Of a DNA stretch of 64,000 bases, positions 39,175 to 49,660 are shown one piece after another. This stretch comes from an uncultured Chloroflexia bacterium (GTDB lineage: Bacteria > Chloroflexota > Limnocylindria > Limnocylindrales > CSP1-4), in NCBI GenBank assembly GCA_963734535.1, contig CAVTHS010000014.1, forward strand, positions 275,654 to 339,653. Direction: 5' to 3'. Below the pieces are notes generated by a model. That model was not told where the DNA came from. It did no database searches and worked only from the letters and a program-made list of their open reading frames with translations. The translations under genes were made by a program, and so were the position numbers. How positions within the stretch are numbered: the stretch's first letter is position 1; each line of letters begins with the position of its first letter.

Positions 39175-41646
39175 ATGGACACCAATATCCCGCGCCGAAG
39201 GCGCGCCAACACCATTCGCAGGGCGGGCTGGCTCGCAGTCGCCCTCTTGATGACCCTCTCGCTCGTCGGTCCCGGCGCTGCCGGAGTCGCGGCGGTGGGT
39301 ACGGAATCCAGGATGGCGACGCCCGAGATGCGCGCATCCGTCGCACCCGGCTGCGGCGTCGTCCCGCTCGACGTCGAGATCATCCTCGACAACTCGGGCT
39401 CGATGACCACGAACAGCAACGGCTCACCGGCCAAGACCCGTGCCCAGTGGGCTCAGGTCGCGATCAACCAGCTGATCGACCAGCTCGACGCGAGCGGTGG
39501 CGTTGGCACGGGCCCTGCCACCTCGACCGGCAGCCGCCACCGCGTCGGACTCACCAAGTTCGCCGGGGACACGGCCTCCGTGCTGTCTGCGCTGGGTTCC
39601 CGCAATGCGGCCACGACGAAGGCCTTGGTGCCCTCCGTCGGCAACGGCAACACGCCGTTCAAGCAGGGCATGGCGGTCGGGGCCGCCGACCTCGCGGCTC
39701 ATGCTCGTTCGACCGACTTCGGGTTGGACGTCCGCCACATCATCATCTTCCTGTCCGACGGCCGACCGTGGCCGGATTCCAGTGCGCGGCGCCCGAACAC
39801 CTCCGAGATCGCCAGCTTCCAGGGCGCCGCGGACGAGGTCTTCTCGATCGCCATCGGCGCACCGGGTGGGTCCGCATCCGATGCAATCGACCTCGCGCTC
39901 ATGCGATCGCTCGCCAAGCCGGACCTCAACCACTACTCGAACATCGTCAGCTCGGCCGACCTGCCGGCGGCGTTCGCTGGCATCTTCAACACGATTGCCT
40001 GCCCGACGCCGGGTCTCGGCATCAAGAAGACGGCCACGGAGTCCAGCTTCGACGCGGCAGGTGCAACCCTGCATTACACGATCGTCGCCACGAACACGGG
40101 AACCGCGACGCTCCACGGTGTCACCGTCGTCGACCCGAAGCTCGGCACGCTCGCCTGTGCGCCGGCCCAGCCCGCGACACTTGCTCCCACCGAGACGGTC
40201 TCGTGCACAGGCACCTACACGACCACCCAGGCTGACGTCGATGCCGGCAAGGTCGACAACACCGCCACGGCCGACAGCGACGAGACTCCGGCGGTCCCCG
40301 ACTCGGCGACCGTTCCGGCCCGCAAGAGCCCGGCTCTCGGCATCGCGAAGACGGCCACGGAGCCCAGCTTCGATGCAGCCGACGCCACCCTCCACTACAC
40401 GATCGTCGCGACGAACACGGGCAACGTCACGCTCCACGGGGTGACCGTCGTCGATCCGAAGCTCGGAACGCTCGCCTGTGCGCCGGCCCAGCCCGCGACA
40501 CTTGCTCCCACCGAGACGGTCTCGTGCACAGGCACCTACGCGACCACCCAGGCCGACGTCGATGCCGGCAAGGTCGACAACACCGCCACGGCCGACAGCG
40601 ACGAGACTCCGTCGGTCCCCGACTCGGCGACCGTTCCGGCTGACCAGAGCCCGGCTCTCGGCATCGAGAAGACCGCGACCGAGTCCAGCTTCGATGCGGC
40701 CGACGCCACGCTCCACTACACGATCGTCGCCACGAACATTGGCAACATCACGCTCCACGGAGTGACCGTCGTCGACCCGAAGCTCGGCACGCTCGCTTGT
40801 GCGCCGGCCCAGCCCGCGACACTTGCTCCCACCGAGACGCTCTCGTGCACAGGCACCTACGCGACCACCCAGGCCGACGTCGACGCCGGTGGGGTTGACA
40901 ACACCGCCTCGGCCCAAGCCGAGAATGTCGACCCGATCACGGACTCAGCGAGGGTGCCCGCGGCCCAGGGCCCCGCCCTTACAGTCACGAAGGGCGTCAA
41001 CCTCAGCGGTGAAGGCGACTTCGCTCCGAACCTGAGCACGACAGTCGGCACGACCGTCCACTATCGGATCGTGATCTCCAACACCGGAAACGTGACGCTT
41101 ACCGGCGTCACGCTCTCCGACAGTCGGTCCAACCTGGCCGACGTTGGTTGCACCGTCCCGTCCACGCTCGCCGTTGGCGCCAGCTTCACGTGCGACTACA
41201 CCGCGACGGCGCAGGCCGGGACCACGACCAACACCGCGACCGCCAACAGCGAGACGACCGAGGAGCCGGTCGACGACTCGGCGGCGGTGTTCGCACCGCA
41301 GCCGCCCACGCCAACCTGCCAAGAGCTGGGAACTTGCCCGAGCCCGAGCCCGAGCGCAAGCCCGAGCGCAAGCCCGAGCGCGAGCCCGAGCGCGAGCCCG
41401 AGCGCAAGTCCGTCGCCATCTCCGCAGAGCAGTGTCGAGGCGGCCACCTCGAGTCCGACTGGAAACGTCGGTGGAGCGACCGGCAGGCCGCACCTGACCC
41501 CGCCGCCGACCGCCGCCCTGGGCAGCACCACGGGCCAGCCGGCAGGTGACACTTGGCGGATCGCCCTCCTGGCGCTCGCCGCCCTCCTCGCCAGCCTCCT
41601 GGTCTTCACTTCGAGCACGACCAGCCCGGAGCGCCGCCGCCGCTAA
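39175..41646 (+). CDS. surface protein: signal peptide, VWA domain, DUF11/DUF7507-like Ig repeats, Ser/Pro linker, C-terminal anchor
   Basis: DNSGS MIDAS, FLSDG, YTIVATNTG..TL..V.V.D repeats, TPPPT-hydrophobic-RRRR tail. Confidence 0.85.
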   Translation: MDTNIPRRRRANTIRRAGWLAVALLMTLSLVGPGAAGVAAVGTESRMATPEMRASVAPGCGVVPLDVEIILDNSGSMTTNSNGSPAKTRAQWAQVAINQLIDQLDASGGVGTGPATSTGSRHRVGLTKFAGDTASVLSALGSRNAATTKALVPSVGNGNTPFKQGMAVGAADLAAHARSTDFGLDVRHIIIFLSDGRPWPDSSARRPNTSEIASFQGAADEVFSIAIGAPGGSASDAIDLALMRSLAKPDLNHYSNIVSSADLPAAFAGIFNTIACPTPGLGIKKTATESSFDAAGATLHYTIVATNTGTATLHGVTVVDPKLGTLACAPAQPATLAPTETVSCTGTYTTTQADVDAGKVDNTATADSDETPAVPDSATVPARKSPALGIAKTATEPSFDAADATLHYTIVATNTGNVTLHGVTVVDPKLGTLACAPAQPATLAPTETVSCTGTYATTQADVDAGKVDNTATADSDETPSVPDSATVPADQSPALGIEKTATESSFDAADATLHYTIVATNIGNITLHGVTVVDPKLGTLACAPAQPATLAPTETLSCTGTYATTQADVDAGGVDNTASAQAENVDPITDSARVPAAQGPALTVTKGVNLSGEGDFAPNLSTTVGTTVHYRIVISNTGNVTLTGVTLSDSRSNLADVGCTVPSTLAVGASFTCDYTATAQAGTTTNTATANSETTEEPVDDSAAVFAPQPPTPTCQELGTCPSPSPSASPSASPSASPSASPSASPSPSPQSSVEAATSSPTGNVGGATGRPHLTPPPTAALGSTTGQPAGDTWRIALLALAALLASLLVFTSSTTSPERRRR
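40015..40977 (+). repeat. three near-identical 321-bp (107-aa) intragenic repeats
   Basis: GGCATC..GAAGAC starts at 40018, 40339 and 40660. Confidence 0.9.
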
Positions 41647-41680
41647 CGCTCCGCACCATACGCTGTCCCCGAGACGCCCG

Positions 41681-41711
41681 GACGCCGGGGCCTTCCAAGG
41701 GCCCCGGCGTC
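41681..41711. terminator. GC-rich hairpin between convergent genes
   Basis: GACGCCGGGGCC-7 nt-GGCCCCGGCGTC; no U-tract. Confidence 0.55.
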
Positions 41712-41761
41712 TCGATTCCCGGGCCGCGCGAGGCGCGGGACCAGCGGCGACTTTCGAGGGG

Positions 41762-42520
41762 TCAGCCCGCGATCGGGACCCGATCTCCGTCGCCGACGAG
41801 CGAGACAGGTCCCGAGAATTCGGCCCGAACGGCCGCCAGCGTTGCCGCCGGATCGCGATTCAACTGGAGATGCGTGAGGAGCACCCGTGACGGGCGAGTC
41901 TCGGCGGCCAGGAGCCCAACTGCCGCACCATCGAGGTGAAGGTCGGGCACGGGGACCGGACCCGCGCCAAACGCAACCTCGCAGAGCAGGACGTCGCCCG
42001 CTCGGATGAGCGGCGCCAGGTCCTCGGCGCGGCCGCAGTCGCCCGAGTAGACCAGACCCGGTGCGTCGGGCGCCGAAGCGAGCGTGACGCGGGTCGCGAG
42101 GCTGTCGACCGCGTGCGTGACGCGACGGCTCTCCACGACAAAGGGTCCGACCTGGACATGCCCGACGGCCCGATCCTCGATCTCGAGCGTCCCACCGGCA
42201 AAGCCCCGTTCGCCGGTCACGCCCTCCAGCCGCCGCACCAACCCGGCGGGGGCGATCACGCGCACGCGGCGCGATGGGGCGAACTCGTAGCGAAGGTAGT
42301 GTCGAAGCGCCACCAGGTCGACGAAATGGTCGGGGTGCAGGTGGCTGACGAGCACGCCCGCCAGGTCGGCAGGTTCGAGGCGCCCGGCGAGCCCGGCGAA
42401 CGCGCCCTGGCCCATGTCGAGGCACAACATGGCCGCCTCGTGAACGACGACGTAGCAGGACGACGCGGTCCCGGGTCGATTGGGATAGGCGGCGCCCGAT
42501 CCGACGACGAGGAGCTCCAT
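41762..42520 (-). CDS. MBL-fold metallo-hydrolase, RNase Z/BN-like
   Basis: SHLHPDH, YSGD, LLTHL. Confidence 0.88.
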   Translation of the reverse strand: MELLVVGSGAAYPNRPGTASSCYVVVHEAAMLCLDMGQGAFAGLAGRLEPADLAGVLVSHLHPDHFVDLVALRHYLRYEFAPSRRVRVIAPAGLVRRLEGVTGERGFAGGTLEIEDRAVGHVQVGPFVVESRRVTHAVDSLATRVTLASAPDAPGLVYSGDCGRAEDLAPLIRAGDVLLCEVAFGAGPVPVPDLHLDGAAVGLLAAETRPSRVLLTHLQLNRDPAATLAAVRAEFSGPVSLVGDGDRVPIAG

Positions 42521-42530
42521 CCCGTGGAGA

Positions 42531-43364
42531 CTACCGGGCCGCGCGCCGCGGCACCAGGCGCGGCGCCTCCAGCCCCGCGGCGTCGATCGCCGCGTACACG
42601 TGTCCCAGCCCGTACGCGAACGAAGGGGCACGATGCGCGTCGGAGCCGGCCGTGACGCGGAGGCCGCCGAGCGCCCGGAAACGCTCCACGATCGGCGGCG
42701 CCGGGTACGTCTCGCCGGGGCGGCTGGCGGAGGCCCGACGCGTTCACCTCGAGGGCCATCCCCGTCTCCACGAGCGCGCGCAGCAGCGGCTCGTAGACGT
42801 CCGGCCGGGCCGCGAACGCCGACGGAGGGACATGGCCGGCGAGGTACTTCTTCACGTAGTCGAGGTGGCCGATGGTGTCGAAGAGCTCGCTCCGGATGGC
42901 AGCCTCGACCTCGGAGAAGTACGGCCCGACGATCGCGTCGAACGTTCGCCCGGCGACCCAGCCCGCCACCCGGCTGGCCAGGTACGGGGAATCCGCCCCA
43001 ACGTGGACCGAGCCGATGGCGTAGTCGTAGGGGTGGTGCGCCAGGTGCTCGCGAATCTCGGCCTCGCGGTCCGACTCGTAGCTGACCTCGACGCCGAACC
43101 TCACCCGAAGCCCGCGATCCGCCCAGCGCGCGGCCGCATCGCGCACCTCCCGCTCGCGGGTGGCGAACGACGCGTACGAGTGGGCCGGATCCCTCGGGTC
43201 GAAGTCCAGGTGGTCGGTGATCGCGATCTCCGGGATCCCCCGTTCGACCGCTGCCGCGCAGTACGCGTCGATCGGCACGTCGCTGTCGGGCGACAGGTTC
43301 GTGTGGAGGTGTGCGTCCAGCGGGAGATCGCGGTCCGCCTGCGGCCCCGGCGCGGGCAGCGAGG

Positions 43365-43368
<4 letters not shown>
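42531..43368 (-). CDS. PHP-domain histidinol-phosphatase (HisJ/HisK family), frameshift near 42720
   Basis: DAHLHT, ITDH, GSVH, GHLD, EVNASG; GSDAH continues in another frame after a C-run. Confidence 0.82.
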
Positions 43369-44588
<1,220 letters not shown>

Positions 44589-44640
44589 CGTGAGGTCCTC
44601 CTGGCGGCCACCTGCCGCGTCACTGCGGCTGCGGGCCGCG

Positions 44641-45669
44641 TCACGACGTCCAGTCCAGGATCACCTTGCCGGCGTCACCGGACCGCGCGGCCGCGAATGC
44701 GGCGGCGTGCTCGACGAACGGGAAGCGGTGGGTGATCGCGGGCGTGATGTCCAGCCCGGACTGGAGCATGACCGTCATCTTGTACCAGGTCTCGTACATC
44801 TCGCGGCCGTAGATGCCGCGCAGCGTCAGCATCTTGAACACGATCTCGTTGACATCGAGGGAGATCTCCGCCGTTGGGATCCCCAGGATCGCGATTCGAC
44901 CGCCGTGGGCCATGCTGGCGATGGCCGACCTGAGCGCGGCGGCGTTGCCGGACATCTCGAGGGCCACGTCGAACCCCTCGGTCATGCCGAGCTCGGTCCC
45001 GACCTCGCGCAGGTCGCGCTCGCGCGGGTCGACCGCGATCGTGGCCCCCATCCGTTCGGCGATCGCGCGCCGGACCGGGTTCGGCTCCGAGACGACGACG
45101 TGCCGCGCGCCGGCGTGGCGGACCACCGCCGTGGCCATGAGACCGATCGGACCCGCCCCGGAGACGAGCACGTCCTCGCCCAGGACGGGGAACGCGAGGG
45201 CGGTGTGGACCGCGTTCCCGAACGGGTCGAAGATCGCGGCGACCTCCTCGTCGATCCCACGCCAGTGGTGCCAGATGTTCGTCATCGGGAGCACGACCAG
45301 CTCCGCGAAGGCTCCGTCGCGGCCGACCCCGAGGCCGATCGTGTGCGCACACAGGTGGCGCTGCCCGGCCAGGCAGTGGCGGCAGCGGCCGCAGACGACG
45401 TGGCCCTCCCCGCTCACCAGGTCGCCGGGCGCGAAGCCGATGACGTTCGAGCCGACGTCCACGACCTCGCCCACGAACTCGTGGCCGATCACGAGGGGCG
45501 GCCGGATGGTCTTCGCGGCCCACGGATCCCACGCCTCGATGTGGAGGTCGGTCCCGCAGATGCCCGTCCGGTGGACGCGGACCAGGACATCGTTGATCCC
45601 GACCGCCGGCTCGGGCCAGTCCCGGAGCTCCAGGCCCGGTCCCTCGGCCGTCTTGACCAGGGCGAGCAT
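44641..45669 (-). CDS. tdh: L-threonine 3-dehydrogenase
   Basis: GICGTDLHI, GHEF, SGEGHVVCG, DPFGNAVHTA, GIYGREMYETW. Confidence 0.95.
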   Translation of the reverse strand: MLALVKTAEGPGLELRDWPEPAVGINDVLVRVHRTGICGTDLHIEAWDPWAAKTIRPPLVIGHEFVGEVVDVGSNVIGFAPGDLVSGEGHVVCGRCRHCLAGQRHLCAHTIGLGVGRDGAFAELVVLPMTNIWHHWRGIDEEVAAIFDPFGNAVHTALAFPVLGEDVLVSGAGPIGLMATAVVRHAGARHVVVSEPNPVRRAIAERMGATIAVDPRERDLREVGTELGMTEGFDVALEMSGNAAALRSAIASMAHGGRIAILGIPTAEISLDVNEIVFKMLTLRGIYGREMYETWYKMTVMLQSGLDITPAITHRFPFVEHAAAFAAARSGDAGKVILDWTS

Positions 45670-45715
45670 CGCTGCCTCCTTGCGGTGTGGGCGTCCCGCG
45701 TTCGCGCGCGGCCGC

Positions 45716-46729
45716 TCAGCCGGCCCCGGCGGGGTCGTCGCGCCCGGCGAGGAGCCGTGCAGCGGGGGATCCCGGTGGCACGCTTCCGTCCGCCTCGACG
45801 ATCGGGTTGGTCACGCTGCCGATCCCCTCTACCTCCACCCGCACGACGTCGCCCGGGACGAGGAACACGGGCGGGACACGGAAGACGCCGACGCCGGAAG
45901 GGGTCCCCGTGATGACCAGGTCCCCGGGCTCCAGCGTGATGCTGGCCGAGATGAAGGCGATGAGCTCTGCGACCCCGAAGATCATGTCGCCGGTCGTCCC
46001 GTCCTGGACAAGGCGCTCGCCTCCGGCGTCGGGCCCTGTCGCCGGCGTGTGCCAGCCGCGCAGCCGGAGGGCCACGGGGTCGCCCAGCTCGTCGGCCGTG
46101 ACCATGCACGGTCCGAGGGGCAGGAACGTGTCCGATCCCTTCGCCCGAAGCCACTGGCCGTCGCCGCGGGCGCCTGGAGCAAGGGCCGGCTTCGAGCCCT
46201 GGAGGTCGCGGGCGCTCACGTCGTTGGCGGTGACGTACCCGGCGACGTGGTCCATCGCCGTCTCGAGCGGGACGCGCCGAGCACGACGTCCGATCACCAC
46301 CCCGAGCTCGGCCTCGAGGTCGAGCGCCTGCGTCGTCGCCGGCCGCACCACGGGCGCACCGTCGCCGACGACCGCGTTGGAGAACTTCGCGAAGAGGAGC
46401 GGCCGATCGGGGATCGGCATGCCCTGCTCGAGGAGATGGCTCCGGTAGTTCCACCCGACGCCGATGACCTTGCCCGGCTCGAGCGGAGCCACGATGCGCA
46501 GCTGTGCCAGGGCCACGCCCCGCATCCCACCAGCCAGGGCGCGCGCTTCTGCCTCCCGCGTCTCGGCGAGATCCTCGTCCTCCGCCAGGAGGCCGCGCAC
46601 GTCGAGCAGCGCGAGCTCTTCGCGCAGGCCGGCTCGCTCTGCGAGCGCGGCGAGGGTGATCACGCGTCCGTCGGCCAGGATGCCGGCGACCGGCAGGTCG
46701 AGCTCGTCCAGGTAGGCGACGATGCGCAT
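45716..46729 (-). CDS. fumarylacetoacetate hydrolase family protein
   Basis: GWNYRSH, DLEAEL, NDVSARD, TGTPSGVG. Confidence 0.92.
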   Translation of the reverse strand: MRIVAYLDELDLPVAGILADGRVITLAALAERAGLREELALLDVRGLLAEDEDLAETREAEARALAGGMRGVALAQLRIVAPLEPGKVIGVGWNYRSHLLEQGMPIPDRPLLFAKFSNAVVGDGAPVVRPATTQALDLEAELGVVIGRRARRVPLETAMDHVAGYVTANDVSARDLQGSKPALAPGARGDGQWLRAKGSDTFLPLGPCMVTADELGDPVALRLRGWHTPATGPDAGGERLVQDGTTGDMIFGVAELIAFISASITLEPGDLVITGTPSGVGVFRVPPVFLVPGDVVRVEVEGIGSVTNPIVEADGSVPPGSPAARLLAGRDDPAGAG

Positions 46730-46745
46730 CGGGCTGTTCCGACCG

Positions 46746-47636
46746 CTACGGAGCCGTCGACGGGGAGGGCGACGCCGCGGCAGGGGACGCTGACGGGGCG
46801 GGCGACACGGCCGGCGCGGCGGCCGACGCGGACGGTGCCGGTGATCCCGCGGGGCCCGGCGTCGGCGTGTAGCCGGGGACCGCCTGCTGGCACTGGGGCT
46901 CCGGCGCGCGGTCGGCCGACTGCGCGTAGAACGTCGTGATCGCGCCCACGTCGAGGCTGTCGAGGAAGTAGACGCGGCCCCAGACGACGGCAGCGTATGG
47001 CGTGGGCAGCTGGTCGAAGCGGGTCACGACCACGTTCGACCCGGGCGGGAACCCGCACAGCGGGCTGGCCGGGAGCTGCTGCTGCAGCGCGCCGAGCGCG
47101 GTCTGCGCGTCCGTCCCGCAGCCCTCGGGGCAGCGGTAGAGCACGACCATCGCCCCGTGCTCGAGGTTGTGGACCCAGCCCTCCGGCACGGTCGTGTCGT
47201 CCTTGCCGTAGAAGACCGGCGGGATCGGGCCGAGGCGGGACGCGTTGAAATGCGATCCGGAGGTGGGGGGGCAGAACTCGTAGGTGACGCTCGTGCTGGT
47301 GTCCACGTGATTGCGGCCGAGGTCGCGGGTCACCTGGCCAAGCCGCGGTGTCTCGCCGGGCGCGACCGAAGGGGAGGCGGTGGGCTGGAGCATGGTCGTG
47401 CAGGCGTACGCGGGGCTCGAGGCCCCGAGGAAGAGAGCACCGCCAACCACGAGGACGACCGCTGCAACGCCGATTCCCAGGAGCATTCCGCGGTATCGCT
47501 CGAGCGCGGAGCGCTGCCGCTGCGGCTCGCGGATCCGGGTCCGGCCCGCAACGGGCTCCGTGCCCGTGCCCGCACCGGCGCCGCGTTGGCCGGCGGCGGG
47601 GCGATTCGGTTGCGGGTTCCGGGTTCGTTTGGTCAC
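46746..47636 (-). CDS. DUF3105-domain membrane-anchored protein
   Basis: One TM, PPTSGSH, VHNLEHG. Confidence 0.8.
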   Translation of the reverse strand: MTKRTRNPQPNRPAAGQRGAGAGTGTEPVAGRTRIREPQRQRSALERYRGMLLGIGVAAVVLVVGGALFLGASSPAYACTTMLQPTASPSVAPGETPRLGQVTRDLGRNHVDTSTSVTYEFCPPTSGSHFNASRLGPIPPVFYGKDDTTVPEGWVHNLEHGAMVVLYRCPEGCGTDAQTALGALQQQLPASPLCGFPPGSNVVVTRFDQLPTPYAAVVWGRVYFLDSLDVGAITTFYAQSADRAPEPQCQQAVPGYTPTPGPAGSPAPSASAAAPAVSPAPSASPAAASPSPSTAP

Positions 47637-47814
47637 GGGGCTCCTCGATGTTCGTGCCGGGACGAGCACGCCCTACGCGGGGGGCGTGGCATGGGGATGA
47701 CGGAGGTTGCGTGGCCTGTCGAGCCGCTGCTGCGCAATGGTGTCCACCGGCCGTTCTCGCGCAAGGGTAGCCCAGGTGCGCAGGAACGTCGGTATCACGT
47801 TCCGGGACGGGCCA

Positions 47815-48186
47815 TCACGGTTCGGAGAACCACGCCCGCGAGGCGGGCCGCCGGAGCCCGACCCAGAGCAGCACGCCCAGGATCCCCGGGGCCAGCACGA
47901 GGATCGGCACGGGGCTGACCAGGAAGAAGAACGCCAGCGGAACGGTGAGCGTGCTGAGCCCGACAGCAAGGCCGCGGGCCGCCTCCTTGCGCTGGAGCAC
48001 GAGCGTGATCGTGAAGATCGTGTAGGCGAGCAGGACCATGACCACGACGCCCGGGAAGCTGATCGGCGCGGAGATCGCCATGTCCACCACCCAGCGCAGC
48101 GAGACGCCGATTGCGGCGAGGATCACCAGCCCGTAGCCAAGGAAGAGGAGCACGCCGGGTGGAGGCATGCGACGCGAGGTGGGCAT
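47815..48186 (-). CDS. small 4-TM membrane protein
   Basis: Hydrophobic ORF; CAGAAT 6 nt before ATG. Confidence 0.7.
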   Translation of the reverse strand: MPTSRRMPPPGVLLFLGYGLVILAAIGVSLRWVVDMAISAPISFPGVVVMVLLAYTIFTITLVLQRKEAARGLAVGLSTLTVPLAFFFLVSPVPILVLAPGILGVLLWVGLRRPASRAWFSEP

Positions 48187-48354
48187 GGGCCGATTCTGCC
48201 ACCTGCCCCCGCGACGCAACAGGCCGCGCCGGTGTGGCCACGACGCGCGAGGTTGGGGCCGCCATGAAGGTTGCGCTGCGTCGCGCGTCGAGCCAGGAGC
48301 CGTCGAGCCGGGAAGTTGTCGAGGCGGGCGGGCGAGGGTGTCGGGGCCCCGGGC

Positions 48355-48411
48355 TTGACAGGTCGCAACCTCGCCGCTACCTTCCGTTAAACCGGTTTGC
48401 TAAACCGGTTT
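48355..48411 (+). promoter_or_regulatory. promoter TTGACA-N17-TACCTT followed by two LacI-type operators AAACCGGTTT (48389, 48402)
   Basis: Palindromes with central CG directly upstream of a LacI-family gene. Confidence 0.85.
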
Positions 48412-48462
48412 TGACCGCGGTGGAGTCGCTCCAGCGACCTCCGGAGGAGCCGTGGAGGGCCG

Positions 48463-49539
48463 GTGAGACAGGAAGCCCGCGATCGAGCCAGGATCGCAGA
48501 CGTCGCCCGCGAGGCTGGCGTGTCGAAGACCGCGGTCTTGTTCGCGTTCAACAACCCGGAGCGCCTGAGCCCGGACACCGCGACGCGGATTCGGGACGTC
48601 GCCACGTCGCTCGGGTACCGGCCGCACCCGGTCGCCCGGATGCTCACCCAGGGCCGTACCCGGACGCTTGGCATCCTGACCCCACAGGCGCTCTCGGCCG
48701 TCTTCGCGAACCCGTTCTTCTCCACCTTCAGCGAAGGCGTCGCGGCGGTCGCCGAGGAAGCCGGCTACGGGCTCCTCTTCGTGTCGCCGGTCCACGGCTC
48801 GCTCGCGCGGGCCGTCAACCGCGCCACCGTCGACGGTTTCGTGGCAATCGGCCTCTCGGGGGACCATCCGGAGGTGGAGCAGATCAGGCGGGCGGGACTT
48901 CCGATCGTCATGGTCGACTCCACGGCCGCGTTCCCCGAGCATCCGGCCGTCGACGTGGACGACGAGGGCGGCGCTCGCCTCGCCGCGGGCCACCTGCTGG
49001 CCCTTGGCCACCGGGAGTTCCTCGTGATCGGCGTCGAGCCGCCGGCGCCCGGCACCTGCGCCGACTTCGGGGGCATCGTCGGGCGGCGGCTGAAGGGATA
49101 TCGCGAGGAGCTCGCCGCGGCCGGCGTCGACCTGCCCGACGATCGCGTCGTGGTCGGCCCGGCGAGCGTCGAGGGTGGGAGCGCCTGCCTGGCTGGCGCC
49201 TGGGAGGACGGGCGCCGGCCCACCGCGATCCTCGCCATGAGCGACGCGATGGCGATCGGCGCGATCAACGCCGCGCGGCGCCTGGGCCTCGGCGTCCCCG
49301 CCGACATCAGCGTCGTCGGATTCGACGACATCGAGCTCTCCCGCCATGTCGAGCCGCCGTTGACGACCGTGCACCAGCCGGTCCGGCGGAAGGGCGAGGA
49401 GGCGTGCCGCCTTCTCCTCTCGGCGATTGCGCGGGACGACTCCACACGGCCCGATCACCGAACCCTCGAGACGCGTCTCATCGTCCGCGGCTCGAGCGGT
49501 CCGGCATCAATCGGGAAGGAGGTGGCGGCGGGCCGCTGA
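48463..49539 (+). CDS. LacI family transcriptional regulator
   Basis: IADVAREAGVSKTAV HTH, SVVGFDD, PLTTVHQP. Confidence 0.95.
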   Translation: MRQEARDRARIADVAREAGVSKTAVLFAFNNPERLSPDTATRIRDVATSLGYRPHPVARMLTQGRTRTLGILTPQALSAVFANPFFSTFSEGVAAVAEEAGYGLLFVSPVHGSLARAVNRATVDGFVAIGLSGDHPEVEQIRRAGLPIVMVDSTAAFPEHPAVDVDDEGGARLAAGHLLALGHREFLVIGVEPPAPGTCADFGGIVGRRLKGYREELAAAGVDLPDDRVVVGPASVEGGSACLAGAWEDGRRPTAILAMSDAMAIGAINAARRLGLGVPADISVVGFDDIELSRHVEPPLTTVHQPVRRKGEEACRLLLSAIARDDSTRPDHRTLETRLIVRGSSGPASIGKEVAAGR

Positions 49540-49660
49540 CAGACTCGGAGGAGCGGCCGCTGAATCGCGTCGTGCGATATCGTCATCGTCCGTCGGGAGC
49601 GCTCCCACACCGAGCGCATCGACAGGCGACTCGACGAGGATCCTCGAACCGGGGAAACGC

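Noticed and set aside
42700-42730. Programmed frameshift or PHP-RNase Z fusion
   Set aside because: A single indel in a C/G homopolymer in an assembly with other indels; sequencing error is more likely.
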